Origin: Vicugna vicugna
Taxonomy: Eukaryota
Direction: 5' to 3'
DNA length: 64,000 bases
NCBI GenBank assembly: GCA_013265495.1
Contig: MU058009.1
Location: forward strand, 4,594,739-4,658,738
Positions 50,895-62,366 of the stretch are shown here, piece by piece. Position 1 is the stretch's first letter, and each line of letters opens with the position of its first letter. A program made the position numbers and the translations under genes. Below the pieces are notes generated by a model. The model worked only from the letters and a program-made list of their open reading frames with translations, ran no database searches and was not told the origin of the DNA.

Positions 50895-52905
50895 TCTTGT
50901 ACTGAGTATTGTATGGCAGGCTGTAGCCAGGGCAATTGGGGAAGAAAATGATACAAAATACACCCAGGCTGGAAAGGGGAAATTAAAACTCTCTCTCCAG
51001 GTGACATAGTCTCATACAGACAGCCCTCAGGAATGCACTAAACAACTATTAGAATGGATGAAGTTCAGCCGGATTTCAGAGCACGAGGGCAATGCAGAGG
51101 AATCAGCCACACATCTGTGCGCCAGCAACAAAAGTATCTGAACATGAAATTGAGAAAACAATTCTGTTCACAAAAGCACCAAGAAGATTAAGACACGGAA
51201 AACTAAATTTAACAAAATAAGGGTAAAGCCTATACTTTACAAACTAAAATTTCGTTTAAAGAAATTAAAGAACTAACTACATAGGGAGAAAATCCAACGT
51301 TCGTGGATCAGAAGATTTGATATTGTTCAGACGGCAACAGTCTCCAAACTGATCCGCAGGTTCAGTTAAATCCCTATCAGAAGTCCAGCTGGCTTCTTTG
51401 CAGAAACTGACGCGTCAGTCCTTACATTCAGACAGAAATTCAAGGGCCCCAAATAGTCAAACAATCTTATAAAAAGGAGAGAAAAGTTCGAGGACTCACA
51501 CTTCGCAATTTCAAAACGCGCCACAAAGCCGTGCTGATCAAACAGCGCGATCCTGGCACAGGGACAGACGTGCAGACGCGCGGAGGAGAACCGAGAGTTC
51601 AGAAGCGCTCTCACGCTCACAGGCAGCCGAGTTTTGACAAGGAAGCCTACACACCTGAGCAGGGGAAGCGTAGACTCCTGAACAAACAACGCTGGAATAG
51701 CTGGGCACCGCGTGCAGCCGGATGCAGCTGGGCCTCCGCCGCACACCAGGTACGAAGATTAGCTCAAAGTGAATCAAACACCTCAGTACGAGTGGACGTT
51801 ATAAACTCTTAGAAGAAAGCACAGGTGAAACTCTGTGGCCGTGGGTTAGGCGTTGGCTTCTTACACATGACAAAAAAAATGGACTTCATCAAAATTAAAA
51901 ATTTTGTACTTCAAAGAGCACAACCAAGGAAGGCAAAAGAAAGCTCACAGAATAGGAGAAGGTATTTGCAAACCAGGTATCTGACAAATGGCTTGTTTCT
52001 AGAATATATGAAGAATGCTGATAGTTCAACAAAAAGAGAAACAACCCAATTTTTAAAATTACCCGAACAGAGATTTCACCAAAGAAGACACACCAGTGGT
52101 CAGCAGACCCATGAAAACAGCGAGGCACCAGTAGTCATCACACGAAGACCAAGCAAACCCAGAACGAGGCACCTCTGTGCCCCCTAATGGGGACTATAAT
52201 TGAAAGAAAGAAAGAAAAAGAAAAAAGAGGAAAAGGGGAACAAGAAGTCCTGGCAAGGACGTGGAGGGGCTGGGGCCCCCGTGCACCCCTGGCGGGAAAG
52301 CAGAACGCGGCCGCTGCCTGGGGAAGCCGCGTGGCGGCTCCTCAGAAGGTTAAATGTGAGTTAGCACGTGACCCAGCAGTGCCGCTGGGCACAGACCCGA
52401 GAGAAGCGCAGGCGTCTGTCCCCACACAAGCGTGCACGCGGAAGTTCATGCAGCATTCCTCATCACAGGGAAGACAGAGAAGCAGCCTCAAGGGCCACTG
52501 AATGCAACACGGGGAATATTACACAGTCATGAAGAAGAAATGAAGCTCTGAGATATGCTCTGTCTAACAGGGATGGACCTTGAAAACGGAGGGAAACTGC
52601 AGAGTGAGAGAAGCCGTCTCAAACGATCAGCTACTGCAAGACCTCGTCTGTACAAACCGCCCCCAGGAGGCACCCCCCCCAAGAGACAGAGAAGACAGCA
52701 CTGCCTGCCTGGGGTTGGGAGGGAAGGTCGGGGGAAACGGCCAGTGCCTGCTAATTGGGATGGCGTGGATTTTGGGGGTGATGAAAGTGTTCTAAAATGG
52801 ATTTGCACAGGTCTGTGAACACACTAAAAAGCACTGAAGTGCACGCTTTAAGTGGGTGGATTGTATGGTGTATGGACTCTACCTCAACCAAGCTGCTATT
52901 TTAAA
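50895..52905 (+). mobile_element. L1MB-type element, 3' half of ORF2 plus 3'UTR, heavily decayed
   Basis: RT region aaaactctctctccaggtgacatagtctcatac (decayed KLSLFADDMILY), MDFIKIKNF motif at ~51879, and L1MB-type tail gggggtgatgaaagtgttctaaaatgg...acctcaaccaagctgctattttaaaa. Confidence 0.92.
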
Positions 52906-55159
52906 AGGGGGGCAAACTTAAACCATGGAGCAGGGGTTATTGAAATGAATATCCTCATTGCTTTTATAATTTGACCTTTAGGTAATCAAAATTTGTGCTA
53001 TGGCTGTGAACGCGTCAGTCTTGTTTGATGTTTGGGGCCATGGGGGTGGGTGTGAGAGGTGACTCACATCCTCAAGGAAAGGTGACTTTAGTGGCCACGG
53101 CAGGAGAGGAGAGTGCACCTCCAACTCCAGTTCCTGCGATTTCTCTTTTCCTCTGTGCATTCAGAATGCTTTGAAAACCCACGAGTATTTCAGAACGTGC
53201 TGGGGCCCACGGGCTGCGCCCTCACAGGCACCTGTGTTCACCCGGGCTGCTGCGAACCTCTCTGCTTCATCCCTGGAGCTGAACGGCCCTGGCCAAGCCC
53301 TCGTGCGGGGGACGTGCCTCCCACCCATCCCTGCAGGGCTGGCTGCAGATGCTCAGTGACCCCAGCCCAAGCTAAGGCCCATCTTAGCATAGGTCCCTCT
53401 CATTAACCCACATCCTCCCAGCTAACCTGCAGGTCTTAGCAGGGGTCCTCTGTGGGCAATCGTCAGCGTTACCTAATGGACAGGGCTTCACCCCAGACAG
53501 GAGGAGGAAGCAGCCCTTGGCGCAGCGCTGGACAGATAACCCTGCCATGCAGCCGGCTGTCCCCTCGGCCCATAGAAAGGCTGATCTGCTGCACCCGGCC
53601 CAGGGCCAGAGGATACAAATGAGAGGTTCGGGAGCCTTAAAGAGAGCGGGGCTGCGGCTCCAAGTGCAGTCAGGTGAGAAGACGCATGAGGGACGGAGCT
53701 GGGGGCAGCAGCGGCCACGCCACCTCGGCCCTAATTGTAACGATTCTTCATTCTTAAATGCTAATTTTGAAGTTTCCCGAGGAATCATTTTACTTAGTGT
53801 CAACAATATGGATAACACGGCTGACGCGCTCTTTGTATTCCAGTAGAGACGGCGGTCAGCATCCTCTCTGGGGGCCTGTTAGCCAGGCCCCCACCTGAAT
53901 CACTCTGACAGGTGCGCCTGGCGGCGTTCATGACACTGACGAGCTTGCTGGGACCGGGACGGGGGGTCCAGCGGCGGGCGGCCTGCTTCTCTCACCTGCA
54001 CCGTGCCCGCTCCCTCTCCGCACCCAGCGGCCTCTGCTCTCAGACAAGCATGGGGCCAGCCGGGCTTCAGTGACACAGAGGATCCTTAAAGCTGCTAAGT
54101 GATCTCTCAAACTAGTGGGATTCCATCACCGGGAGTCCCGGGCAGCCGGTGGGTCCTTCCTGAGCCTGGAGGGCAAGGCAACCGGAAGAGAGGCCAAAGG
54201 GCGTTCCATCAAGTTTTGATGCTGAACGACTTGCCCCCAAAGTCTTCTTTTCTGGCGATGCTTCCTACCTGAGCTGACAGAGTCACTGACGAGACAGCAG
54301 AGACCACGGAGGGTCGAGCAGGAGGAGGGGGCCCCGAGGAAACCCCACATTCCCTCTGCAGTATATCACATATCATCTTTAAAAACTTTTTGCTCCTCCC
54401 CCCGCCCCCCACATTTGTAAGGTATAAAAGCGGCCAGCCTCTTTAAAGCACCTGTTAGGAGAACGCAGTCAGCCCTGGGGGCAGATTAAGCACGAGCACC
54501 TGCACACTGAGGGTGTGTCCAGACCCCCGGCCCCCCCAGGGGTCGTGCTCACAGAGCTGCAGAGAGGTGCAGCCAACGCTCCAAGACAGAGAGACCAGGC
54601 AGAGAAGGGCGCTCCCTGGACCAGGACCTGCGTGGCCGACCAAAATCAGCCGTAAGGAATCATAGAAACAAACATCTCCCCACTAGGACCCTCTTCCCTT
54701 TACAGACACGGCAGGTGCTGGATGCTGATTTCTGTTCCGAGGCCCTTAAGGCGAGGGGCCCTCTTTCCCACTGTGCCCTGAGGGTACCCATGCCCGGCAC
54801 GGGGAGGCCGTTTGCCCCTCCCACTCTTCCCTGACACCATCTGCAGAGGTTCTCCGTCCTGCAGGCTGCGGGGTAGAGGCCAGACGATGCCTTCAGGTCA
54901 CTCCGGGGAGCTAAGCCCCTAACGTATGTTCCGGTTCCAGAGAGGACGTTCTCACCAGTGTAATACAAACTTAGAGCGAGGAGCTGAAGAGTTTTCATTT
55001 ACGTTAAGTTATGCGTTAGCTGCTTGACTTGTGAGAAAAATCACAGTTGACAGGTATGCTGTTATCTTAGAAAGAGAAGTCTTTTTTTTTCTCTCCTGTT
55101 TTTAAAGCCTAGGATAGCCCATAGCTCCTAAAACACAGCCTACACAGAAAAGCAGGCGT

Positions 55160-55270
55160 CTGGGGTATAAAACCTGGTCTCAAGGGCGGCACCCGCTGCT
55201 CCCCAGCTATTCGACCTACAGCGAGTTAACTAACTTCTCCGAACCTCGACTTTCTCCCCCGTGAAGTCGC
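55160..55270 (+). mobile_element. MIR fragment
   Basis: gacctacagcgagttaactaacttctccgaacctcgactttctcccccgtgaag. Confidence 0.55.
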
Positions 55271-55829
55271 CACGGCCTCACATCCCGTCATTCCCACTCC
55301 AGCTTTAGGAAACGGCCCAGCGTCCGGCTCCCAGGGTGACATTCAAGGCGTCTGTGTCAACTCGCGGCTCCGGCCGGCTGGCCCGCCCTGTGAGAACCCG
55401 CAGGAGATCTCTGAGGCGCCCCGGGATCACTCTCGGGAAAGGACAGGACGGCTCTACATCGAATCCAAGGGTCCCCGCTCAGCCGGAGCCGGCCCTGCGT
55501 CCGAGTCCCACTCACCGGCCCTTCACAACGTGCGTCTTCCGAGTGTGTCTCTAATCTCATCCTAGCATCCACCCTTTTTTACGTTCTGACATCATATTTC
55601 CATCGACTTCAGTGAAAAAACAAACCAGCCAGTGCTGCTGATCTCTGTTCTCAAGGATCATGTCTGTAAATAGAGGTGCGTGCAGGAGCTGCAGGACGCA
55701 AAGCGACGGCCTGTGAGCTAGAGACTGAAGGTAAAGCACGGCCCCTCCCTGTCTTCAATGAATTTATAAGCTGTAGAGGAGACCAGCTGCCTAATACGAT
55801 CATAGTAAAACTCAAATTAGCTCCTCTCG

Positions 55830-56060
55830 CCGTTTAATTGTCGGGCAGGCACCTGCCAGACATGGTGTCGGGGTGTGTGATTCAACCCCTCAACACCTGA
55901 GACCAGAGAGAGACATTATTCCCATTTGACAGAATCATAAACTGAGTCTCAGCAAGGTCAGATGTGCTGCCCGGGTCCTAAGCGAGTAAGTGGTGGAGCT
56001 AGTTTGACCAGAAAGCTCATGCCTTTATCCCTAAGCAGTCAAATCACACCTCACGACTTG
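55830..56060 (-). mobile_element. MIR
   Basis: cattattcccatttgacagaatcataaactgagtctcagcaaggtc...gcccgggtcc...agtaagtggtggagctag. Confidence 0.75.
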
Positions 56061-59000
56061 AATATAGAGCAAACTACACTGACACACAGAGGGCTCGAGT
56101 CACGTCCCCAGGGCACAGAGAGATGCGATCTAATTAAACTTCCTCGTTGGCTTCTGTGGGCTTTAATTTATGCTTTTCTATCTCAATAGAAAAACAAAGA
56201 CCTGGTCCTGCTTTGAAAATAAAGATGATGCTTATAAAACCAACAGATTGGTTAATTCAGCCAATTTTGTCTGAGTGCCCGCTCTGCACTGCACGCCAGC
56301 CACGGAGAGAGGCTCACCAGGGGAAATGGGCAGAGATCTCTGCTCTTGCAGCACGTTGCTGTGGGTGTGTGTTTTCTCAGAAACCAACCTGCAGACAGAC
56401 AGATAAATAACCTTGTGGTCCCCCGTGCCGGATGACGAATGCCTCCCCCGGGTTGACTTTCTTCTCTTGAATTTCTCATCCATCAAAAAGCAAAAGTCTG
56501 GGCCCGAGATTGGTGCAAACGTTAGACAGTTAAGAGACACGGCCTTCCCTGAGCCTTGCTCAGTAATAGCTCTCTGATTAAGCCACCCTGACCGAGCAAA
56601 AAAGAAAATGAAGTTGTCTTCACGATAATCATTCACATGGGGCTGAGTTTTAATTTTATATCACGATTAATGCCCAAATCTGACTGAATGCCCTATTGTC
56701 AACGGAGCTTCTCAGTGAGCGCTCTGGGACTGGACGTGCTCCGCAGGCGCGGCCTCCCCCGGCCCCGCCTCCCGCCGGGCAGCGGCCTTCGGGGACAGAT
56801 GAGAGCGGGCCTTCCCTTCCGGCCCCAGCAGTCACTGAAATGGCTCTTAAATACTTCTGAGTTGTGCCAGCGAAACACATTTGACATTTCTGCATTGCTT
56901 CTTTGACAGACCTTTAAAATCAGTCAACTTTGAGAGTTCTGTTTTGGTTTTCCGAGCTCTTTGAAGATAAGTCAGAAAACTTCTTTATCAAATTCCAAGT
57001 CTGGGCTTTGGTTCCCTCTAACCTACGTTCTCCCGGTCCCATCATTTTTCATGACGTCTTGGCCATGCCATCCTGGGTTGGAGTCCCTGCTCCCTGTGGT
57101 GTAAGTTTCTCTTAGACGGGCTGCAAGGAACCACAGAGAAGAAGACACAGGCTTTCCAATGAAATGCAGCGACCATCCTCGTCGGGATGAAAGCATTAAT
57201 TACATATTCTGAAGGCGCTGTAATTGGATTTCCTTCTTTCCGTTTTGATAGTTATTCCAGCTAAGGAGTTAACATACTCCCCACATCTTATATCCAGTCA
57301 GTTTGAGAAGAGGAAGGAAGATTTATTTCTAATTATCAGAAACAATCACAGTTCCTGCAAAGTAAACACAAAGGGAAGGAACCTGGCTTGGAGCCCACCT
57401 CGTTGAAGATGCAAATGAGGAGCAGGCCATGAGGTGGGAGGCGCCGCTAATCCTCTCTCAACAATGCAAATCATTAAATTAGCCCCGGGTCCGTGGCATC
57501 TGTGGCATGTAACTCTGGGTTTAGCAACTTCCTTCAGGCCCCCACGACTGTTCTAGTTGGTGTTTATTTTGAGTCACGGGCGCGAGGCGTGTTCCCTTAG
57601 CGCCTCTTCCCGCCCGCTGTCATTTTATCGTCCACCCAGCCACAGGGCCGTGCGCTCCCTTATTCTGACCCACCTGTGATCTGTCTCCAAGCCTCCCGGT
57701 CTGTTTCCGGCTGCTCAGCGCCAGGCCGTCCTCCGGGAGCTGGCCCCAGGTGCCCTGAAGCAGATGTGTGCGGGGCGTCCGTCCTAACTCAGCCTGTGCT
57801 CGCGCCCCTGGGGAACGGGCGGCTCCAAACACAGCAACGCTGAAAGTGAACACAGAACTTGCAGGGCCTCGCGCTGGAAAACGGAGTTTGAGCACCGGTC
57901 TTCCAGGCTTTCTCAGCCACGACCGGCTGAGTCAGTGAAGCTCTCATCTGTCTTCACCAGAAGAAGGTGGAGAAAAGCGCGCTACAGGCTGCAGAAGCCG
58001 ACCCCGCGTTAACTTTCCAGTGGTGGCATCCTGTGGGCTTCACTGGACACCACTTCCCCGCCCTCAAACCCAATGCAACTGGGAAGCTGTTGCAAACAGC
58101 GAACTTTACTTTTTATACGGAGAGTTTCAATTGATGGCCAGCACAGGAAGTTTCTAGAATCATCTAAGCATATGCCTCTAAGTACTCCTATTCCTTTGCT
58201 GCTCGAAAGTCTTCAGAAGCAGCATTTCCTGTTCCTGTACCCCAGGGTCCCAAGAAGGTCCCTCCAGCTGCTCGTGTAGCCGGAACGTCTAAGCCGTTAA
58301 CAGTTGGCTTCCCTGTCTGTTCTGTCCTCTCACGTTTATGTCTGGGACGCTCGAATCTGCACTCCGCACCCACAAGTCCATCAGGTATGCTTCCTTCACA
58401 CTCAAACCCCACGTCAGAAGGAATCACTTCTTCTTGAAGGAAATCAGAGTCAAAAGGCCATGAAACTCCGCCCCACCAGCGGGTCTGCTGAATGCTTTGC
58501 TGGAGAACAGACGCCCCTCCTGGGTTCCAGGGGCATCTCACCAACACTGCTCAGTCGTGCCCCAGGGCTCTTCGAGCTGACTGACGCTGGCATCGCAGAC
58601 AAGGCGGTCCCCACGCTCGGAGGCTCACTGGGCGGAGACTCTAATCCTGTCTTAAGTATGACCCACCATGAAAGTTGTAGGCACTTGATAAACACTGAGT
58701 AATAAGAAGAATTCCCTTAGGAAGTTATTTCATTTCTCGTATGTATTGCTGTTAAGAATTCTCCCCCTCACCATGAGACCACATTTTTCTTGATTTAGCT
58801 TTATCCCATTAAGGCCAGTTTTGCCGTCCTAAACAGTACGTTGATTTGAATGCTCTGCTAAAGGCTTGGTCATCTGTTTCTCAGTCTGTGCAGTTCTTTT
58901 AAACTGCTCTGCCTTAAGCTACATATATAGATACTTTTCTTTAATCTAGACAGCAAGAAGTCCCATAGCATTGATTTGCAATTTGAGATCCCTGATATAA

Positions 59001-59454
59001 ATCCTATGTTCCTCCGCAAAACTTAAAACACACCGTTTCTTCAGCATAAAAAAACCTAATTATTTAAATTTCTTTTCTATTCTTTTCTTTTTAATCTCTC
59101 AGCTACTCAGGGAATTAAAATCAACTACCCAAACTCATATTTAAATCAGCTTACTCCATCTTAATCTCACCACTTTATGTCCTATCACAGTGTTTTCCAT
59201 CTGAAAGCCACTCTCCTGTTTGTCACAAAATCAACTCCCAAATTGAAGCACTAAATGCCGAGTACTTAGACGGCGATTTGGTTCTTGCAGTATCTACGGT
59301 CTAATTTACATCAGTAACTTTCCTTCGCACGCAAGTGCTCCCACACTCTGGGAAGCAGAGGGCTAGACTTTTTTTTAAGTTAAATGTTTGATATAAAACA
59401 GATATTCTACTAATTTGCTTTGCAAATTGAGTTCCCTGTGATTTAGCGTGTAAT

Positions 59455-59665
59455 GCACTGTAAGAGACTTAAAAAACCCACAGACGGCGTGCTGCGCCGT
59501 TCAGACAAAGCCACTTAACCATTCTGGTGTCCACTTTTCCCACATGGGAAGTGGTGACTCTACCTCCTGCTGCTTCTGCAGAAGCCAAGTCCGCGAGTCC
59601 CTGAAACAGTGTTTGAAAATGTTGCCCTTTTTGTATGAAGAATGTATATAATAATTATCATTATC
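59455..59665 (+). mobile_element. MIR/MIR3 fragment
   Basis: gacaaagccacttaaccattctggtgtccacttttcccacatgggaagtgg. Confidence 0.55.
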
Positions 59666-59909
59666 ACTTTTTTGTTGAGGACTGCGTATTTTTTTAAGAT
59701 TCTTATCAGAAACTAAACTTTAAAAACTCTCCACTAAAGATACAACACAAAATTTCCTACAAAGAAAAAGGCTGAATGAAGGAGCATATTTCTCAATCCT
59801 CATCCTCTGACCGGCCTCAGTGATGGACTGAGACAAGGTCGCTGAACTGCTGGCCACCATCTAGTCCTGACTTTGCTACAGGTGAGCTGTGTGCCCCTGG
59901 GGGACCAGA

Positions 59910-60420
59910 GAGTGTCTCTGGGCCTCACTATCCAATCTGAGCCATCAGAGAGGTAGATCGCGATCGCCAAGGCCTTTTGCATCAGAGGCTGTCACTTAGA
60001 ATTTGCCTTTGTAACCTCTTTCAAGGAACAATGCTGCATTTAATGCAGCCTGGATATAATGACAGTATCACCACGTCGATGGACTTGGCGCTGGAGAGCC
60101 CTTACATCACACACACCCAGGCTTCACTTTCAGTGAAAGCACAGATGGTCTAATAGATCCAGCCCAGAAGGAGGAGGTCCTTTTCATGTACTTTGTCGTG
60201 AGGGTTCCTCACTTGGGGTAAGACCCCCCTTTGTCTTCTCATCGACTTGGAATGAGTTTACAAAGAGCAAAGATTGTCTGGATGACGGAAAGTCCAAATT
60301 TGGCAGTTAACAGCACTGGTTTTGTCCTGGAGATTGGGGCAAAGACTCTCCCTGTATAGACAACAGCGTGATTCTAGACGTCAAACCGACCCCTTCCCAG
60401 CCAGGGTACTGGAAGCGACA
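59910..60420 (+). mobile_element. Possible L3/CR1 remnant
   Basis: gctgcatttaatgcagcc...ggcttcactttcagtgaaag...ccagaaggaggagg and ccccttcccagccagggtactggaagc weakly resemble the CR1/L3 3' region. Confidence 0.4.
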
Positions 60421-60579
60421 AACACGCGCAACCTTCCCAGTTCAAAAGCAGACTCAGAGCCGGCAATGGCTCAGAACAAAATCTTCTTTGCTATAGTTAT
60501 GACAGAGATGGTTCAATTTCAGAACATGATACTTAACAACCAGATTCTGGAGGGCAGCAAGGCGCCGGCAGGAGAGAAT

Positions 60580-60810
60580 CACACGGGACTGGGGATCACA
60601 GTGTGTGAGCCAGGAGACCTGCGTTGGAACTCAGCCTGCCCACCCACCTGCCTGTGGGCTCTTGCACAAGAGCCTGACGCTTACACGGTCTTTATCTCAG
60701 GGGGTAAGCCATGGGAAGTGTCCCAGGGTACAGCACCCCTGTTTGCTCAGCTAACGAAGAAGTCAAGGGAGAATTCAGATTTGCAGAGTGCCTTCCGGAA
60801 CCTCTGAAGG
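60580..60810 (+). mobile_element. MIR
   Basis: gagccaggagacctgcgttggaactcagcctgcccacccacctgcctgtgggctcttgcacaag. Confidence 0.65.
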
Positions 60811-60995
60811 AAAAAAGGTATTTACAGGAGGGTTCAGGGCTCCTGCAGAGGAAAGGATGCGTCCTGGGGCGTGTGGCCGGTGCATGAACAGAAGCAACGA
60901 TCCCAGCCCGTCTCTCGGGGCCTTCTGACAGCGCTGGGTCAGCCGGCCAGGGCTCAGCGCATCGGTCAGGACGTGGGGTCAGACTCCACCCAGGC

Positions 60996-61178
60996 CGGCG
61001 GTTCTCGGGCCCCAGGGAGCATCGCAATCATCCAGCCGGCCGGTTAAAGCAAGATTGCTGGGTCCACTTGCAGAGTTTCTGGACCAGCAGGGCTGGAGTG
61101 AGGCCTGGGACTGGTAATTCTAACAATTTCCCAAGCAGCGCTGACGCTGGCATGACAGGCACGCTTTGAGGACCCGTA
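60996..61178 (+). mobile_element. MER5A hAT-Charlie MITE
   Basis: cggcggttctc...gcatcgcaatcatcc...gttaaagcaagattgctgggtccac...cagagtttct...ttctaacaatttccca...cacgctttgaggacc. Confidence 0.85.
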
Positions 61179-61423
61179 GTTTAGACAAGGCGCCGAGACC
61201 TCCCAGGGCCTGCCAGTGTGACAACATCACGACCAGAGGACGTCAAAGGGAAGACGGGAGCGCTCGCTGCTCGGAATGACTGGCTTCCTCCTTCTTCCCT
61301 GCGAACCCGTGCTCCAGGCAGGGGAAGAGAAATGGAGAGCTCGGTGTGCCAAGCCATTCCTCCTTCTACTGGTTATGCGCGTCACTCCTCAATCACCCGA
61401 ATACCACGTGTGCGTGGCGAGTT

Positions 61424-61456
61424 CGTGTGTGTGTGTGTGTGTGCACGCGCACGCGC
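61424..61456. repeat. Alternating purine-pyrimidine tract, (TG)n followed by CA/CG
   Basis: cgtgtgtgtgtgtgtgtgtgcacgcgcacgcgc; 33 nt of alternation, potential Z-DNA. Confidence 0.85.
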
Positions 61457-61769
61457 CCACGTGCACATACACCAGGCACAGCACTGATCTGGGGCTGTGG
61501 CACCGGAGGAGAGAGACAAGGGCCGTGGCACCGGGGTGATGATGGTTCCAGCGTCATCTCAAGCCAGGAGTCTGAACGATGCTGTCAGACAGCTGAAGAG
61601 CAGCCGTCAGTGCAGAGGGAGCTGCCACGAGGAACTGAGACCTCGTGGGGAAGAGCGTGTCTGCAACGCCAAGGAGAGGAGTCAGCCCCGCAGGGCCTCT
61701 CAGGCTGACCTGCCCCCTTCAGAGCGCTCACGGCGTCAGACCCGTGGACAGGGCTCGCTAGGTGACAGA

Positions 61770-61870
61770 CGCCACTCTGCACACCTCAGCCACCTTAGCC
61801 TCATGGCCACCCCAGAAGGTAAGGTGCTATCTGAATCCCGGCTTAAGTGCAAAGAAACTGAGACACAAAT
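61770..61870 (-). mobile_element. MIR fragment
   Basis: ttagcctcatggccaccccagaaggtaaggtgctat...aagaaactgagacaca. Confidence 0.6.
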
Positions 61871-62317
61871 CATTTTCTTCTTTACTGTTAAGATCACGTC
61901 TGTGCCATACAATATACAACTGAGGAAAACGTGCGGCTACGGGAACTGTGAGTGAATGAATGACTGAATGAATGACGGACCAGCATGCATTCCGTGGCGG
62001 GAAGCTATTTCACACCCCAGTGACTGCTCCTGACAGCCCGTCATGCTGCTCTTCCCCAGCCAGAACGGCTCCTGAGCCTGCTGGGGACCCTCGGAGCCAA
62101 TTTAAGACCAGGTGACAGCCCTTGTGGAAAGTGGTCTGTTGGCTTTCAGGGGATTATCCAAGTGCTTTGTGCAATTGCACCTGCCTCTGAGCGACGTCCC
62201 CAGCCTCTCACTCCATTCCCTGCCCGGCAGGGTGGCCTGTGGAGTGTCACAGAGCTCACATAGCTCGCATTTTGAGAACGTCGGGTAACAGGCACTGAGT
62301 CTCTCCTACGCGTCCGG

Positions 62318-62366
62318 CCGGTGCTGGCCGGGCTGTCCCACCGGTGCTGGCCGGGCTGTCCCACCG
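62318..62366. repeat. Perfect 23-bp tandem duplication
   Basis: ccggtgctggccgggctgtccca twice, followed by ccg. Confidence 0.95.

Noticed and set aside
50895..52905. Active reverse transcriptase or novel retroelement system
   Set aside because: An ordinary 5'-truncated old L1 with frameshifts, stops and a destroyed catalytic FADD motif.
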